The notes: generated by a model from the sequence alone, not told the origin. A stretch of 64,000 bases of DNA from Isurus oxyrinchus (GCA_026770705.1 JANJGN010000004.1:141794001-141858000); one strand, 5' to 3'; positions 13,050 to 26,855 are shown, numbered from the stretch's first letter. Program-made: numbers and translations.

Positions 13050-13740
13050 GGGCAAAACTTTTATCTCGGTGGGCGGGCACATGCCCAACCCACTGGAGCG
13101 AAAAATGATGTGTGTTGACGTCGGGTGAGCGTCCCAACATCAGTGCACAGTCACACGATATTTCAGTCAGCGGGCACACACATGAATCGGCAGTGCGCCC
13201 GCCAACAGCTGAAAGGCCTGTTAAGGCCATTAGTCTCAATTAAGTTAAATTTAATTTACGCCTTACGGGGTTCACGGGCAGGCGAAAAAGCCAAGTGGCC
13301 TTTGCCTTTTTTGGAAAACTCATCCACGGGCAGGATGAGGTTTCCTACATCAAACAAAAATAAAATGTTTTAAATTTCACTTACAACATTCCCATACTTA
13401 TGTGACAGAGTCAGATGAGGGGACGTGTATTATAATATTTCTCAAATCTTTATTTTTTGTTAAACTCTTCATCTCCCTGAGGCAGCTCTGTGTCTCAGGG
13501 AGATTCTCAAGTACGCATTTGCATGCATGCGCAAAGTTCACGCTCGCACCGCTCACCCTCCTCCGCCCCCCCTCGCACAGGCAGCTCTGAGCACTGCCGT
13601 TCATGTTTTACACTGGGCAGGCCTTAATTGGCCCGCCAGCTTGAAATCACCTTCTGGCCTCGATTGCAAGTGGCTGTCGTCTTCCCAACCGCTGTTCCCT
13701 GCCCCCGCCGAGTCCGCCCATCAAAGGCTAAATTCTGCCC
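13050..13740 (+). mobile_element. PIF/Harbinger-type MITE
   Basis: Imperfect TIRs GGGCAAAACTTT / TAAATTCTGCCC; 3-bp TSD ATT; no coding capacity; several homologous copies in the window. Confidence 0.75.
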
Positions 13741-14249
13741 ATTATCTCTAATGCTAGCCTGCCTACTGAAGATGATTATTGTACATTCTTTTCTGAGTTC
13801 CAAGAGTGGGTGAAATGAAACCTGTGTGTTTCTGCCAAGAAAACAGTGAAATAGTAATTATTGTTGGTGCACAATTAGTGCACAAAGTGCGCAGTGAATT
13901 TTATAAGAAATGCTTTATGGCTGGCATCAATTGATGTTTCAAGAATGCAGTTTATCTAAGTAGCGCTGTCGTTTAATTTATAGTTGACATGAAATCAGAC
14001 AATCAAAATTATTAGGTACTATGGAACTGGGGCTGCAATTATTTCATTTGTCATTGTCTTCCTAGTCATTGTCATTTAATAAGTGCGCAGATCAGTCAGC
14101 TTTCCTAATCCTTTTACTGAAAACCTTTAAATAATAAATTAATAAATTCACTCATAAATAAATGTGCATCTAACTTGCCTGAGCCTTGTTTAGTGTACTA
14201 TGCCACAGCAGTACTAACTGGCAGTAAGTACTCCTCCAGGTTGAACATC

Positions 14250-14842
14250 ACATATAAATACTGTGGCTACAAGAGCAGGTCAGAGGGTAGGAATCCTGTG
14301 GCGAGTAACTCACCTCCTGACTCCCCAAAGCCTGTCCACCATCTACATGGCACAAGTAGGAGTGTGATGGATGAGTGCAGCTCTCACAACATTCAAGAAG
14401 CTCGACGCCATCCAGGACAAAGCAGCCCGCTTGATTGGCACCACATCCACAAACTTTCACTCCCTCCACCACTGACCCACAGTAGCAGCAGTGTGTACCA
14501 TCTACAAGATGCACTGCAGGAATTCATCAAGGCTTCTTCGACAGCACCTTCCAAACCCATGACCACTATCATCTATCAAGGGCAGCAGCTAGATGGGAAC
14601 ACCACCACCTGGAGGTTCCCTTCCAAGTCACTCACCATACTGATTTGGAAATATATCGCTGTTCCTTCACTGTCGCTGGGTCAAAATCATGGAACTCCAT
14701 TCCTAACAGCACTGTGGGTGTACCGACACCAAAGGGACTGCAGCAGTTCAAGAAGGCAGCTCACCACCACCTTCTCAAGGATAACTAGGGAGGGGCAATA
14801 AATGCTGGCCTAGCCAGTGATGCCCGTAAATGAATTTTAAAA
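14250..14842 (+). mobile_element. 3' fragment of the tRNA-headed LINE family
   Basis: Collinear with 36010-36630; ends in the family tail. Confidence 0.8.
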
Positions 14843-15189
14843 AGCGCAGGTAAACGGACTTCTCAGAACTAATGACTGCATGGATTAAAACTGTAGTGAA
14901 ATTAAAACTTTATATTATGAGCTATATTTTCCTCTATCTGGGATAACATCCAATAACAAGAATTTAGTCAAATGTAAAACAAGGTATAATATGTATATCC
15001 ACTTTTCATTTTTGGAGACTAAGCTATTAATGAGGATAAAACATTGTGTAATGTTTAATCCTTGTCAGCATTTGTTCCACATACACAAAAGGTACTATGG
15101 TTTAACTTGTCAGGTGCGATTCCCAATACCAAGTATACTTAAGTGAACGCAGAACTACCCCCGCTCTGGGCAAAGACCAGCAAGCAAGA

Positions 15190-16560
15190 TCACTAATCCA
15201 GCATGGGAAACGATGACAGCGGTGGTCAATGTCAATGCCTAGGAAAAGAGGACAGCCACCCAGTGCTAAAAAGGGTCTCATCTGTTCCGCCAGGGTAACA
15301 CTCTTCTCATCACTCTCAACTCACACACTCACAAATCCACCACACATCCACAGGGATCTCATACCTCAAGAGACAACACCACTAACTCTCACACACACCC
15401 TCACATCTCCATCAGGCTCATATCCTCTCCAGCTTATGTTCTCATCCTGTCCATGCATTGCCATGCATCCTGCTCAACCCTCTCCATCTATTTTCATGCA
15501 GCAGAAGATGGCTCACATCAGCAGCAAGAGGTCCCAGACTGGGGTGTGGAGTTGTCCACAGTAGGCCCCTCACTCACTTTGAGGAATGTGCCATTGCACT
15601 GACTGGTGAGGAGGTGGACTGTGCCTGCAGTGACGGTGAGGTCCGCAACAAACACCCACTTGAGGATCCTGCACCACATCATCCCTCTCTCAACTCAAAT
15701 GTGAGTGCTCTCTCTCATGCTTTTCACTCTGCTGCCATGCAATAATTATCTCTACTTTGGTTCACAGGGAGCTCTGCCAAACGACTGACACCCTCAGCCA
15801 GCCAGTCCCTCAGTTCCATCCATGTCCTCATCAGCAGGCAAGAGGATGCCTCCTCCATTGAAGAGTTGGAAATAAACAACCTGGAAGACCCATCACAGTG
15901 TTTACCCACACCATCCGCCAGTGCAGAGGCCCACCTTGGTGGGACCTAGATCTAGAGCAGGCTTAGGTTCACAATCTGGTGGGCACCGCTTGGACACATG
16001 TCCACAGCAGGAGTCAGGTTCAGCTGATCTCCCGGCACTTGGACGACTTCTGGGGAAGAGGCATCTGTGAGGTCCAAGTCAGATGATGAGCCTCTGGGTT
16101 CGGCCTTCCAACTCATCCTGGAGAGTCAGCAGAAGACAGCGGAACATCACGCAGAGTTGTTGTAAGCCCTCAACACAGTGGCACACAAGCTGGAGGAGTG
16201 TGTCCACCTGCTCTTTGATGAAGTGGTGCTCACATGTGCGCATTTGGAGGCCTTCATGGGAAGGATGATGGATACCATGGAGGCCTTGATCCAGCAGAAC
16301 ACAGAGATGCACGCAAACCTGCACTCCATCATGGTGGCCGTGGGTGAGTTCCTGCAGTGGCAATGTGAGGGAGGAATGGGACACTTTGATGTCCCACCAG
16401 GTGCTCCTTCCCCTCAAGGAGTCAGGCTGTGGCCTTCAGGCATCTGAAGGGAGGAAGAGCATCAACTTGACTCTCTTGGATCATCCACTCGGGGATCTCA
16501 GAGGCTGTCCTCTCCCTCCGAGTCCCCTTTGCCTGTGATTCCCATCTAGCTCATTCTCTG
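15190..16560 (+). pseudogene. Spliced Myb/SANT-like gene remnant of a Harbinger-type transposon (element right end at about 18060)
   Basis: KRTATQC then donor at 15295; acceptor at 15501 followed by QKMAHISSKRSQTG and RPLTHFEECAIALTG; coiled-coil-like LEAFMGRMMDTMEALIQQN; 17815-18060 resembles 59340-59599 and ends GGAAAATTCCACCC. Confidence 0.6.
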
Positions 16561-16809
16561 TCACCATACAGGGAGCAGGGTACTTTGGAGCCTCGTGCAA
16601 GCAATCTCCCACGTTTGTGGATTCTTCCTGAATCACACTCATTTCAATGTCCCGAGCATTTTCAATGGTGCCTGCTCGGGTTCTCTTTCAGTTGTCCATT
16701 TGAGCTGACCTGCCTCTCCACCCACCCAGTGATCACTGTTCCCACCAAGCATGACTCACGTTTCACTTTCGATTTAACAAGCATGGGAGTGCTATAGTTT
16801 TTTTGTGTG

Positions 16810-17590
16810 GTTCCCCATCCACTCGCCTCCCCCAGTCAGCCATTTCCTTTCCCCCATCACTTTCAACAGCCCCGTATCATCTTCCAATTCCCCACAATGA
16901 TCTACCAGCCACAACCCTTTTGCCCCGGGAATATACAGATGAACATGCACATTCCCTTCTTCCCAAAAATCCCATATCCATCCACATTAACTTTTCAGGC
17001 CTCCTCCATCCCACCCCCAGTGTCTGCATCTGCCTCCGAGTCTCCACCAACCACTCTTGCCATCTCTTCTACTGATAGCATTGAACTCTCACCCTACTGC
17101 CTCACTCTGCCCTTGATCATTCTCACCATTCCTTCCTATCATGCTCACCCTCAATTCATTCCCCAGGAAGCAGTCATTGACTCCACAGGCCCCTCACTTG
17201 CACATTCACTTGGACATCCACCCTTTCCCTAACCCCACTCGACTCCTTCCCCCCGACCTGACTTCTTCTCCCCCACCAGACTCCTTTCTCCCCCCGGACT
17301 CCTTTCCTCACACCTTCCTCCCCCTTACGCCTTCCCCCCAGTTGCCATCTTCTCCATGTTATTCCCTCCTTGCCCCATGCTTCCTCCCCCAAACTCACCC
17401 CCCTGACAACTCTGTTCCCCCCTCCCAACCTCACCCCCCGACACCTTCATTCCCTCCCTCGCAACGTCACATCCTGACTCACCTTTCTCTTCGAGTTGAG
17501 CCTAGACCTTCCTCTCCCACCACCCCCAGTACATCTTCCTCTCCTGAATACAGTTGGACCTTCCTCTGCACCCTCTCAACGATCATCCAT
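16810..17590. repeat. C-rich low-complexity tract
   Basis: Dense CCC/CCT runs; source of the Pro/Ser-rich spurious ORFs. Confidence 0.6.
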
Positions 17591-18768
17591 TGCTGATCAT
17601 GGTCATGACACTGAGCAGACCCTCAGTGGTAACTTTGCACCTTCTGTTAGCTGTTTCACGGCGGAGCCACATCCATCAGAATTCACCCAATAGGCATTGG
17701 ACGTACGTCCAGGGTCCAGTTGCTATCAGGCTCTAGCATCTTCTGCTCCTCGGATGTCCGCATGTGAACAAGGCCCTAACCATGTAAGTCCCGACTTCTG
17801 AACGTCACGCTTGTCAGACGTGTTCTACACTGGTGTGTTTTCCCACCGATGTGCTCAAATGGTCCAGCGTTGCGGGATGATCCTGATGGACTGGTCTTAT
17901 GATGATATGCAGATGTATTACAATAAGGCTTCCGATGGTGGGAAATGTGGCCGCTATTGATGGGCAGAGCGGCTGATTGCAAACTGGTCTTGAAACTGAT
18001 TTTTGGTCTTCTCACTGTATTCTCTGCCCACACTACCAGTGGGCATGGAAAATTCCACCCAATGTGTCTGAAATATTTTGCATATGCAAATAAAGGGCTA
18101 ATGCCTGTTTAACCCCTCCCCCCACCACCCTACAAAATTGGTTTGCCTTGAGCCAGCTGTTGTATATTTTGTATCTTGGAACAATGCAGGGATCACACTG
18201 GTTTCAATGTTTGTAACAGGTGTTATTCAGTGTTTAAAATATCTGCCCCAAGCTTACAGCTCTAGTTTCCAGCTCCTACTAGCAGCTAGCTACAGTTTGT
18301 TTATTTTTCCACAATCAGGCTTGACTTATTGAGCACATAGAGCATAGAACAGTCAACAGATATACATACTCAAACACAGGATAATTGAACTATCAAATAC
18401 TATACTAGCCATTGCCTGCAGTAAGGAAATTCAGGTCTATATGTGGCCTAGCAAGCAAGGGTTCTTAAAGGGACTTCATGCATGTTTAAATTTAAAATGT
18501 ACTTAGCTAATTGTGGAGCAGAGAGGAGCATGAGCGATCTTCATGACTCCATTTAAAATGGGGCAATGACCTGCACAGCTCCCCCTCCCCAGATTTTTGC
18601 CATTACTTCCCCAATTGCTGTTGGCCACTGCTGCCTTGGGCCTCAGCTTCATCATTCAGCCACATGTATTGTTGCTATGATGGGTATGCTCAAATTTCTA
18701 GTCCAGAATGACTTCTGATGTGGATCTACATACACTACCCATCCCTAAAGAAGAACATCAGACACAAG

Positions 18769-19265
18769 GGCTAGGATTTTTGAAAGGGTTAGGGGTCTAG
18801 GTTGAAGGCGGGTGGGCATGCAATTTGGCACCGCTGACCTCAGTGCCAGTTCCCCTCAGTGCCAGTTCCCCTCTGTGCCAGTTTCCACCACAATCTTCGA
18901 ATTTCCAATGAGCAATGATCATGGTTGCTCCTCTAGAATCATGGCCAGGCAGCTGTGGCTTTTTAAAAAAACAAGAATATACTTACCCTCACTTGTTCCT
19001 TGCTGTCTCCATCTCCAGATCGGCAGCTCCCAACTCGGCCAGTGGGGCTTCCAATCACTGAGTGCTGGAGGGTCTCCCATTGGCCCTCCAGCATTGGGAA
19101 TCTGCCTGCCAACCCTGATTAGATGGCAAGCTGACTCCTTAATTAGCCTTTTACTGGCTCAGGATTTGAAAATTCCCATGGGCAGCCTGAAGCTCACAAC
19201 ATGATGTCGGGACCTGGAAGTAGCCAACATTTCCAGTTCCCTACTCCTGATTGAAAACCTAGCCC
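18769..19265. mobile_element. MITE with GGCTAGG-type TIRs
   Basis: GGCTAGGATTTT / AAAACCTAGCCC with probable AAG TSD. Confidence 0.5.
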
Positions 19266-19899
19266 AAGGTCAAAGAGAAATTAGCAGTCTTCTTCTGGTG
19301 AAGATCATGAGGTTCAACTGCCAGTTGCTAGTTCACTGATTCTTTTGAGTATTAAGCCTGGAAATTACTATTGGCAGCAGACTAAAGCTTAATCTATTCA
19401 GAAGACATTTTACGTCAGGTTATTTTGTAGAGGTATGAACAGATGTAAAATAACTGCATAACTAACTCAATAAAAATAGCGGCCATGTGGTTTAAAGTGA
19501 AGTTAATCAACAACTTTATACTATGAACTACAACAACATATGTTGATTACTGCCTGCATGAAAAGGTATATGTAATGAACACAGTAAGTGTTCATCCTTT
19601 AATGGTGCCACTAGAAATTTCTAGGCTCAAAAAATGTAGTGATTAAAAGTACGGACTCACAATTTTTTGCCATTCCAGCCGGAACTTGCTGTCACAGAGA
19701 AAGAAACAAGGCATCGCTACAGGGATGCGCATAGAGGACTGATGAGGAGAAGGAGTAGTGATGCCAGGCCCCTTTCTCATGTCACAAGCTAAAGTAATTC
19801 CCCATAACGTCACTGTACTTGCGGTGTTACAGTAAGTTTTTAAAGCTCTTAAGTTTTTTTTTAACTTCTTCTAATATTTAAGGCTTCTAATTGCTGCTA

Positions 19900-22045
19900 T
19901 GCGTTTGTGTTGGGTGTTGCTGTGGATGGGAGGTATGGGGGTTGGAGGAGTGGGTGGGTGGGCATTGACAGGGTTGCAGCGGGGTGGGCATTCTCAAGGG
20001 TGTTGGGAGCTTGAGCATTGTCGGCAGGCAGATTGAGGGGGTGGGCATTGTTGAGGGTGTGTGGGCAGATGAGAATTTTTGGGGATGCAGAGTCTGCTCC
20101 GCCATTCAATCATGGCTGATAAGTTTCTCAACCCCATTCTCCCACCTTCTCCACGTAACCTTTGATCCCCTTACCAATCAAGAACCTATCTATCTCGGTC
20201 TTACATATCGTCAATGACCTGGCCTCCACAGCCTTCTGTGGCAATGAATTCCATAGATTCACCGCTCTCTGGCTAAAGAAGTTTCTCCTCATCTCTGTTC
20301 TAAAAGGTCTTCCCTTTACTCTGAGGCTGTGCCCTCGGGTCCTAGTCTCTCCTACTAATGGAAACTTCTTCCCCATGTCCACTCTATCCAGGCCTTTCAG
20401 TATTCTGTAAGTTTCAATTAGATCCCCCCCCCCCTCATCCTTTTAAACTCCATCGAGTATAGACCCAGAGCCCTCAAACGTTCCTCATATGTTAAGCCTT
20501 TCATTCCTGGGATCATTCTCGTGAACCTCCTCTGGAACCTCTACAGGGCCAGCACATCCTTCCTGAGATACGGGGCCCAAAATTGCTCACAATATTCTAA
20601 ATGTGGTCTGACCAGAGCTTTATAAAGCCTCAGCAGCACATCCCTGCTTTTATATTCTAGAACTCTCGAAATAAATGCCAACATTGCATTTGCCTTCCTA
20701 ACTACCGACTCAACCTGCAAGTTAACCTTAAGAGAATCCTGGACTAGGACTCCCAAGTCTCTTTGCACTCCAGATTTCTGAATTCTCTCCCCATTTAGAA
20801 AATAGTCTATGCCTCTATTCTTCCTACCAAAGTGCATGACCTCACACTTCACCACGTTGTAGTCCATCTGCCACTTCTTTGCCCATTCTTCTAACCTGTC
20901 CAAATCCTTCTGCAGCCTCCCTGCCTCCTCAATACTACCTGTCCCTCCACCTATCTTTGTATCATCTGCAAACTTAGCCAGAATGCCCTCAGTTCCTTCA
21001 TCTAGATCATTAATGTATAAAGTGAAAAGTTGTGGTCCCAACACTGACCCCTGCGGAACTCCACTAGTCACCAGCCGCCATCCTGAGAAGGACCCCCTTA
21101 TCCCCACTCTCTGCCTCCTGCCAGACAGCCAATTTTCTATCTATTCTAGTACCTTGCCTCTGACACCATGGGCTCTTATCTTACTGAGCAGCCACCTTGT
21201 CAAAGGCCTTCTGGAAGTCCAAGTAGATAACATCCATTGGCTCTCCTTTGTCTAATCTACTCGTTACCTCCTCAAGAATTCTAACAGATTTGTCAGGCAT
21301 GACCTCCCCTTGATGAAACTATATTGACTTTGCCCTATTTTACAATGCACTTCCAAGTATTCTGAAATCTCATCCTTAATAATGGACTCTAAAATCTTAT
21401 CAATGACCGAGGTCAGACTAATCGGCCTGTAATTTTCCATCTTTTGCCTCACTCCCTTCTTAAACAGCAGTGGGGGGGGGTACATTAGCGATTTTCTAGT
21501 CCTCTGGGACCCTCCCTGACTCCAGTGATTCCTGAAAGATCACCACGAATGCCTCCACTATGTCTTCAGCTATCTCCTTGTTGATTATTGTTGTGGGTGC
21601 AGGGGCAGTTGATTATTGCCAGGGTATCAGGGAGTTGAGCTTGTCAGGGGTGCTGTAGTGGGGGGGGGGGTGTGGGGTGAACATTGTTAGGGTATAGGGG
21701 TGAACATTGCTATTGGTTCAGTGGGGTGAACATCATTGGCAGGGGGTTTGAGGGAGTAGGCATTGTCGGGGGGCAGCAGTGGACTTTGATGGGGTTAAGG
21801 GAGGTTGAACATTGTTGACAGTGCAGGAGGTGAACATTGCTGGGAGGAGGATTGAGGACGTGGGCATTGCAAGGGGTGCAGTAAGGGTGAGCATTGTTGG
21901 CAGGGGGTTGAGGGGGTGGGCATTCTTGAGGTTGCATGGATTAAGGTTGAGGGAACGTGGGTCTTGTCTGGGATGCGGGGAGTGCTTAGTATTGCTGGAG
22001 GTGTGGAGGTGATGCATTGTTGGGGGAATGGGGCGGGACATGTTT
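19900..22045 (+). repeat. Degenerate G-rich minisatellite (core GGGGTGRRCATTG), interrupted by a CR1
   Basis: Core recurs about every 23-30 nt in 19950-20070 and 21670-22025. Confidence 0.6.
20090..21578 (-). mobile_element. CR1 LINE ORF2 (RT) fragment, relatively young
   Basis: NYRPISLTSV, GRSCLTNLLEF, SGVPQGSVLGP, KFADDTK, LVRPHLEYC and RRNFFSQR motifs. Confidence 0.92.
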
Positions 22046-22199
22046 TTTAGGCCTTCCTGATACAGCTCCTGTTGTTATTCACCGTACTATGCTTGACATT
22101 AACAGTGGAAGAAGGATGGGGTTAATGTCTGTGTAAGTATAGGGCAGCAAGCTCAAGTCTCCTACACTCGATATCCAGGCAAGTTGGACCCATTCAAGA

Positions 22200-24265
22200 A
22201 GGAAATAGGGAGAGTACAGGGCTAACATATTCCAGTAAAGATAAAGGGTGTGACCAACAAATCCAGGGAACCCTGGATGTTGAGTGATACACAGGATTGG
22301 ATAAAGAGAAAAAGGGAGGCTTATGGCAGACACTGAGGGCTCAAAACAGCGGAAGCCCTAGAGGAGTATTAGGTGGGAACTTAAAAAGGAAATTAGGAGA
22401 GCAAAAATGGGGCATGGAAAAACATTGGCAGGTAAAATAAAGGAAAATCTAAAGTTATTTTACAAGTACATTAAGAGTAAGAGGATAACTAAAGAAAGAG
22501 TAAGGCCCATTAAGGACCACAATGGTAATTTGTGTGTGGATCCGGAAGACGTAGGGAGGGTTCATATGGATACTTTGTGTCGGTGTTCACAAGTGAGAGG
22601 GACGATGTGGGTATGGAAATCAGGCAGAAGGACTGTGATATAGTTAAAGAAATTAGAATAGAAAGGGAGAAATGGTCTGGCAGGCTTAAAAGTAGATAAA
22701 TCTTCAGGCCCGGATGAAATGTATTCCAGCTGTTGAGTGAGGCAAGGGAAGAGATAGCAGGGGTGCTGGCAATAATTTCCAATACCTCTCTGGCCACAGG
22801 AGAGGTGCCAGAGGACTGGAGGACAACCAAAGTGGTGCCATTATTCAAGAAGGGAGGAAAGGATAAATCAGGGAACTACAGGCCAGTCAGTTGAACCTCA
22901 GTGGCGGGGAAACCATTGGAAGCAATTCTGAGAGACAGAATTAATCTACACTTGGAAAGGCAGCGATTAATCAAGAACAGTCAGCATGGTTTTGTTAAGG
23001 GGAAGTCATGTCTGATCAATTTGACTGAATTTTCCGAAGAGTTGACCAGGTGTGTAGATGAGGGCAATGCATTTGACGTAGTCTACTTGGAGTTCAACAA
23101 GGCTTTTGATTAGGTCCTGCATGGGAGGTTGATAAGTAAGGTAAGAGCCCATGGGATCCAAGGCAATTTGGCAAATTGGATCCAGAATTGGCTGAGTGAC
23201 AGGAAGCAGACGGTGATGGTCGAGGGTGTTTTTGTGACTGGATGCCTGGGTCCACTGGGGTTCCACAGGGATCGGTGTTAGGTCCCGCGCTGTTTGTGGT
23301 ATATATAAACAATCTAGACTTGAATGTAGGAGGTTTGATCGGTAAGTTCGTGGATGACGTGAAATTTGGTGGGGTGGTAAATAGTGAGGTGGATAGCCTT
23401 AGAATACAGGAGGATATAGATGGGCTGCTCAGATGGGTTGATGGGTAGTAAATGGAATTTAATCTGGATAAGTGTGAGGTGATGCACAAGGCACGGGAAT
23501 ACACGATGAATGGTAGGACCCTAGGAAGTACCGAGGATCAGTGCGACTTGGTGTGCATGTCCACCGATCCCCTAAGGTAGTGGGACAGGTAGATAAGGTG
23601 GTTAAGAAGGCATATGGGATACTTGCCTTTATTAGCTGAGGCATAGAATATAAGAGCAGGGAGGTTATGCTGGAACTGTATAAAACGCTGGTTAGGCCAC
23701 AGCTAGACTATCGCGTGCATTTCTGGAATCTGCATTATAGGAAGAATGTGATTGCACTAGAGAGAGTGCAGAGGAGATTTACCAGGATGTTGCCTGGGTT
23801 GGAGAGTTTTAGTTATGAGGAGAGATTGGATAGATTGGGGTCAGTTTCTCTGGAGCAGAGGAGATTGAGGGCGGTCATGATTGAGCTATATAAGATTATG
23901 AGGGGCATAGATAGGGTAGACAGGAAGGAACTTTTCCCCTTGGTGGAGGGATCAATAACCAGGGGGCATAGATTTAAGGTAATGGGCAGGAGGTTTAGAG
24001 GGGATGTGAGGAAGAATTCTTTCAGAGGGTGGTGGGAATCTGGAACTCACTGCCTGAAAGGGTGATAAAGGCAGAAACTCTCATAACATTTAAGAATAAC
24101 ATTAATAACATTTGGATGTGCACTTGCGATGCCATGATGGCATACAAGGCTATGGGCCTAGTGCTGGAAAATGGGATTAGAATAGTTAGGTATTTGTTTG
24201 ATTGATGCAGACTCGATGGGCCGAAGGGCCTTTTTCTGAACCGTAGACTTCTATGACTCTATGTC
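22200..24265 (+). mobile_element. CR1 LINE, 5'-truncated, with 3' end
   Basis: SQHGFVKGKSCL, VYLEFNKAFD, GVPQGSVLGP, KFVDDVK and LERVQRRFTRM motifs; terminal CTATGACTCTATG repeat. Confidence 0.92.
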
Positions 24266-25139
24266 TAATTGACTAATGTCAATGTCAGAGACATTCTTAA
24301 GTGGAGCCTGGGCAACATGATTTTGCCCATTGGAAGTTTAACCTTCCCGCGTAAATACCGTGCATGTGCATGGGTCGGCATTTCCGCTGTGCCTCAAAAT
24401 CTCAACATTGGCTGCTGTTGCCATTGGAAGATGCAAGCCAATATATTGTTTTAACATAAATGATTCATTGGTTTCATAATTTCCTGCCCTGTTCGGTAAA
24501 CATATTCCTGTTCACATCAAAAATTATTTACATGTAAATATAAAATTGACTGGAAATTGCAGCAAAGTGTAAAAACAATATATTTTCTGGGTGATCAAGA
24601 AAATAACTTGCATTCATGATGTGTAGTTTATCCATTTACAAAATTCCACTGCACTACTCGAGGCATGGTTTTTGCCTAATTGTTTTCTTTCCATTTATAA
24701 GCAAAAGAGAACTCAAGACAGTTGATTTCCGTTTACCCCAATGTAAAAAATCATAAGTTACACAATAAATATTCCCTAGCAACTACAGTGCTAAGAATGA
24801 ACAGAAGGCCTAAACTAGCCAGCTAAAATCTTTCTTGTTCTCATAGCCATAACAATAGAGTCATGGTCCACTTACACATCACTGACCAGCATGCTCAGCA
24901 TGGATGCAAACTGAAACAGGACTGAGGTAATTTTATTTTAATAAGCATGACACATTGCAAGATAAGAAAGTGATTTTGAGATGGTGGCTGATCGCAGCTG
25001 GCAAGTCCAGATACCACTCCCACACTAGGCCTCAGGAGTGATCTGCTTTAAAAATGTTCACATGAATCAAGAATGGAATTAGAGATGCTCCGTGTGCATG
25101 TCCTTCATTAAGAAAATAATAGTAATACAGTATTTTACA

Positions 25140-25385
25140 GCCTAGAAGGCCAAGGGGTGCATGGGACACCACCACCGGCAAGTTCCCCTCCAAGCCACAC
25201 ACTATCCTGACTTGGAAATATATCGTCATTCCTTCACCGTCACTGGGTGAAAATTCTGGAAATCCCTCCTAACAGCACTATGGCTGTACCTACACTACAT
25301 GGTACCACCTTCTCAAGGGCAATTAGCATTGGGTAATAAATGCTGGCCTTGCCAGCAAAGGCCCACATCACACGAACAATTAAAT
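25140..25385 (+). mobile_element. 3' tail fragment of the tRNA-headed LINE family
   Basis: AAGTTCCCCTCCAAGCCACAC...TCAAGGGCAATTAG...CCCACATC. Confidence 0.75.
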
Positions 25386-25454
25386 TAAAAGGTCCCAGAG
25401 ACATTCCCTGGACAAATAAAAATATTCTACAGGCCACAGGAATCATCCTATTTA

Positions 25455-26425
25455 AGAACATACAAACCTAAGAAACAAGAGCAGGGGTAGACTACAGGGC
25501 CCATCGACCCTGCTCAGCCAATCAAAATGATCACAGCTGATCTCCTGCCTCAGCTCTACTTCCCCACTCAATTCTCATATCCCTTGATTCCTTGAAAGTC
25601 CAAAAATCTGTCTATCTGAGCCTTTAATATACTCAGTCCATCTTGATGAAGAATTCTATCATATTATGGTCGCTCATCCCCATTGCCAATTATTCCTTTC
25701 TTATTACACAATACCCAGTCTAGGATGGCCTGTTCTCTAGTTGGTTCCTCAATGTATTGGTCCAGAAAACCATCCCATATACACTACAGGAATTCCTCCT
25801 CTACGGTATTGTTACTAATTTGATTTGCCCAATCTATATGCAAATTAAAGTCACCCAAAATTACAAATGTTCCTTTATTGCATGCAAATCTAATTTCCTG
25901 TTTAATACCATTCCCAACATCACCACTACAGTTTGGGGGTCTATATATAACCCCCACTAATTTTTTTTGCCCCTTACTGTTTCTAAGCTATACTCATACG
26001 GATTCCACATCGTCAGAGCTAATATCTTTCCTCACTTTTGCATTAATTTCCTCTTTAACCAGCAATGCAACTCCACTGTCTTTCGTTTTACTATGTCCTT
26101 CCTAAATACTGAATACCCCTGGATGTTCAGTTCCCATCCCTGGTCACCCTGCAGCAGTCTCTGTAATCTCGATTCTACCATACCTGTTTATATCTATTTG
26201 CGTGGTTAATTCATCTACTTCATTGCAAATGCTCCTTGCGTTAAGCCACAAAGCCTGAAGGCTTGTCTTTTTAACATTACTTTTCCGCTCCCTCTATTTT
26301 TCACTGAGGCCCTGTTTGATTCTTGCCCTTGATTTCTTTGTCTATCACTTTTCTTATTCCCCTTTCTGTCTTTTGTTCTTGTCCTTGATTCCTCCTCCTC
26401 TGACTCCTTGCATAGGTTTCCATCC
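25455..26425 (-). mobile_element. Internally deleted CR1 (3' tail fused to the APE endonuclease region)
   Basis: Tail at 25455-25635; revcomp VILGDFNLHIDW and GVIYRPPN endonuclease motifs at about 25830-25960. Confidence 0.7.
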
Positions 26426-26426
26426 C

Positions 26427-26855
26427 CCTGCCATCTTCCTTTGTGTTAGGTATGATTCCAACCAGTGGAGAGTTTTCCCCCCGATCATCATTGACTGCAG
26501 TTTTGCTAGGGCTTCTTGATGCCACACTCGGTTAAATGCTGCCTTTATGTCAAGGGCAGTCACTCTCACCTCACCTCTGATGTTCAGCTCTTTTGTTGAT
26601 GTTTGAACTAAGGCTGTAATGAGGTCAGGAGTCGAGCGACCCTGGCAGACCAAAACTGAGCATCAGTGAGCAGGTTATTGCTAAGCAAGTGCCGTTTGAT
26701 GGCACTGTTGATGACTCCATCCATCACTTTATTAATGGTGGAGAGTAGACTGATGGGGCGGTAACTGGCCAAGTTGGATTTGTTCTGCTTTTTGTGTATA
26801 GGACATACCTGGGCAATTTTCCACATTACCGGGTAGATGTTAGTACTTTAGCTTG
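26427..26855 (-). mobile_element. RT fragment of the tRNA-headed LINE family
   Basis: MWKIAQVCPIHKK, YRPISLLS and ALDIKAAFNRVWHQ motifs. Confidence 0.8.

Noticed and set aside
14175-14801. 208-aa ORF as a host gene
   Set aside because: Out-of-frame reading of a LINE 3' fragment; the same peptide recurs at other LINE copies
16803-17596. Proline-rich ORFs (also 49037-49781)
   Set aside because: They arise from C/G-rich low-complexity DNA and are open in several frames at once
19679-19831. Candidate host exon (CCAG...GTAAGT)
   Set aside because: Stop codons in all three frames between the putative splice sites
21670-22025. CRISPR-like pattern of repeated core plus variable spacers
   Set aside because: Core is only about 13 nt and degenerate, spacers are short and resemble each other, there are no cas genes, and the context is eukaryotic
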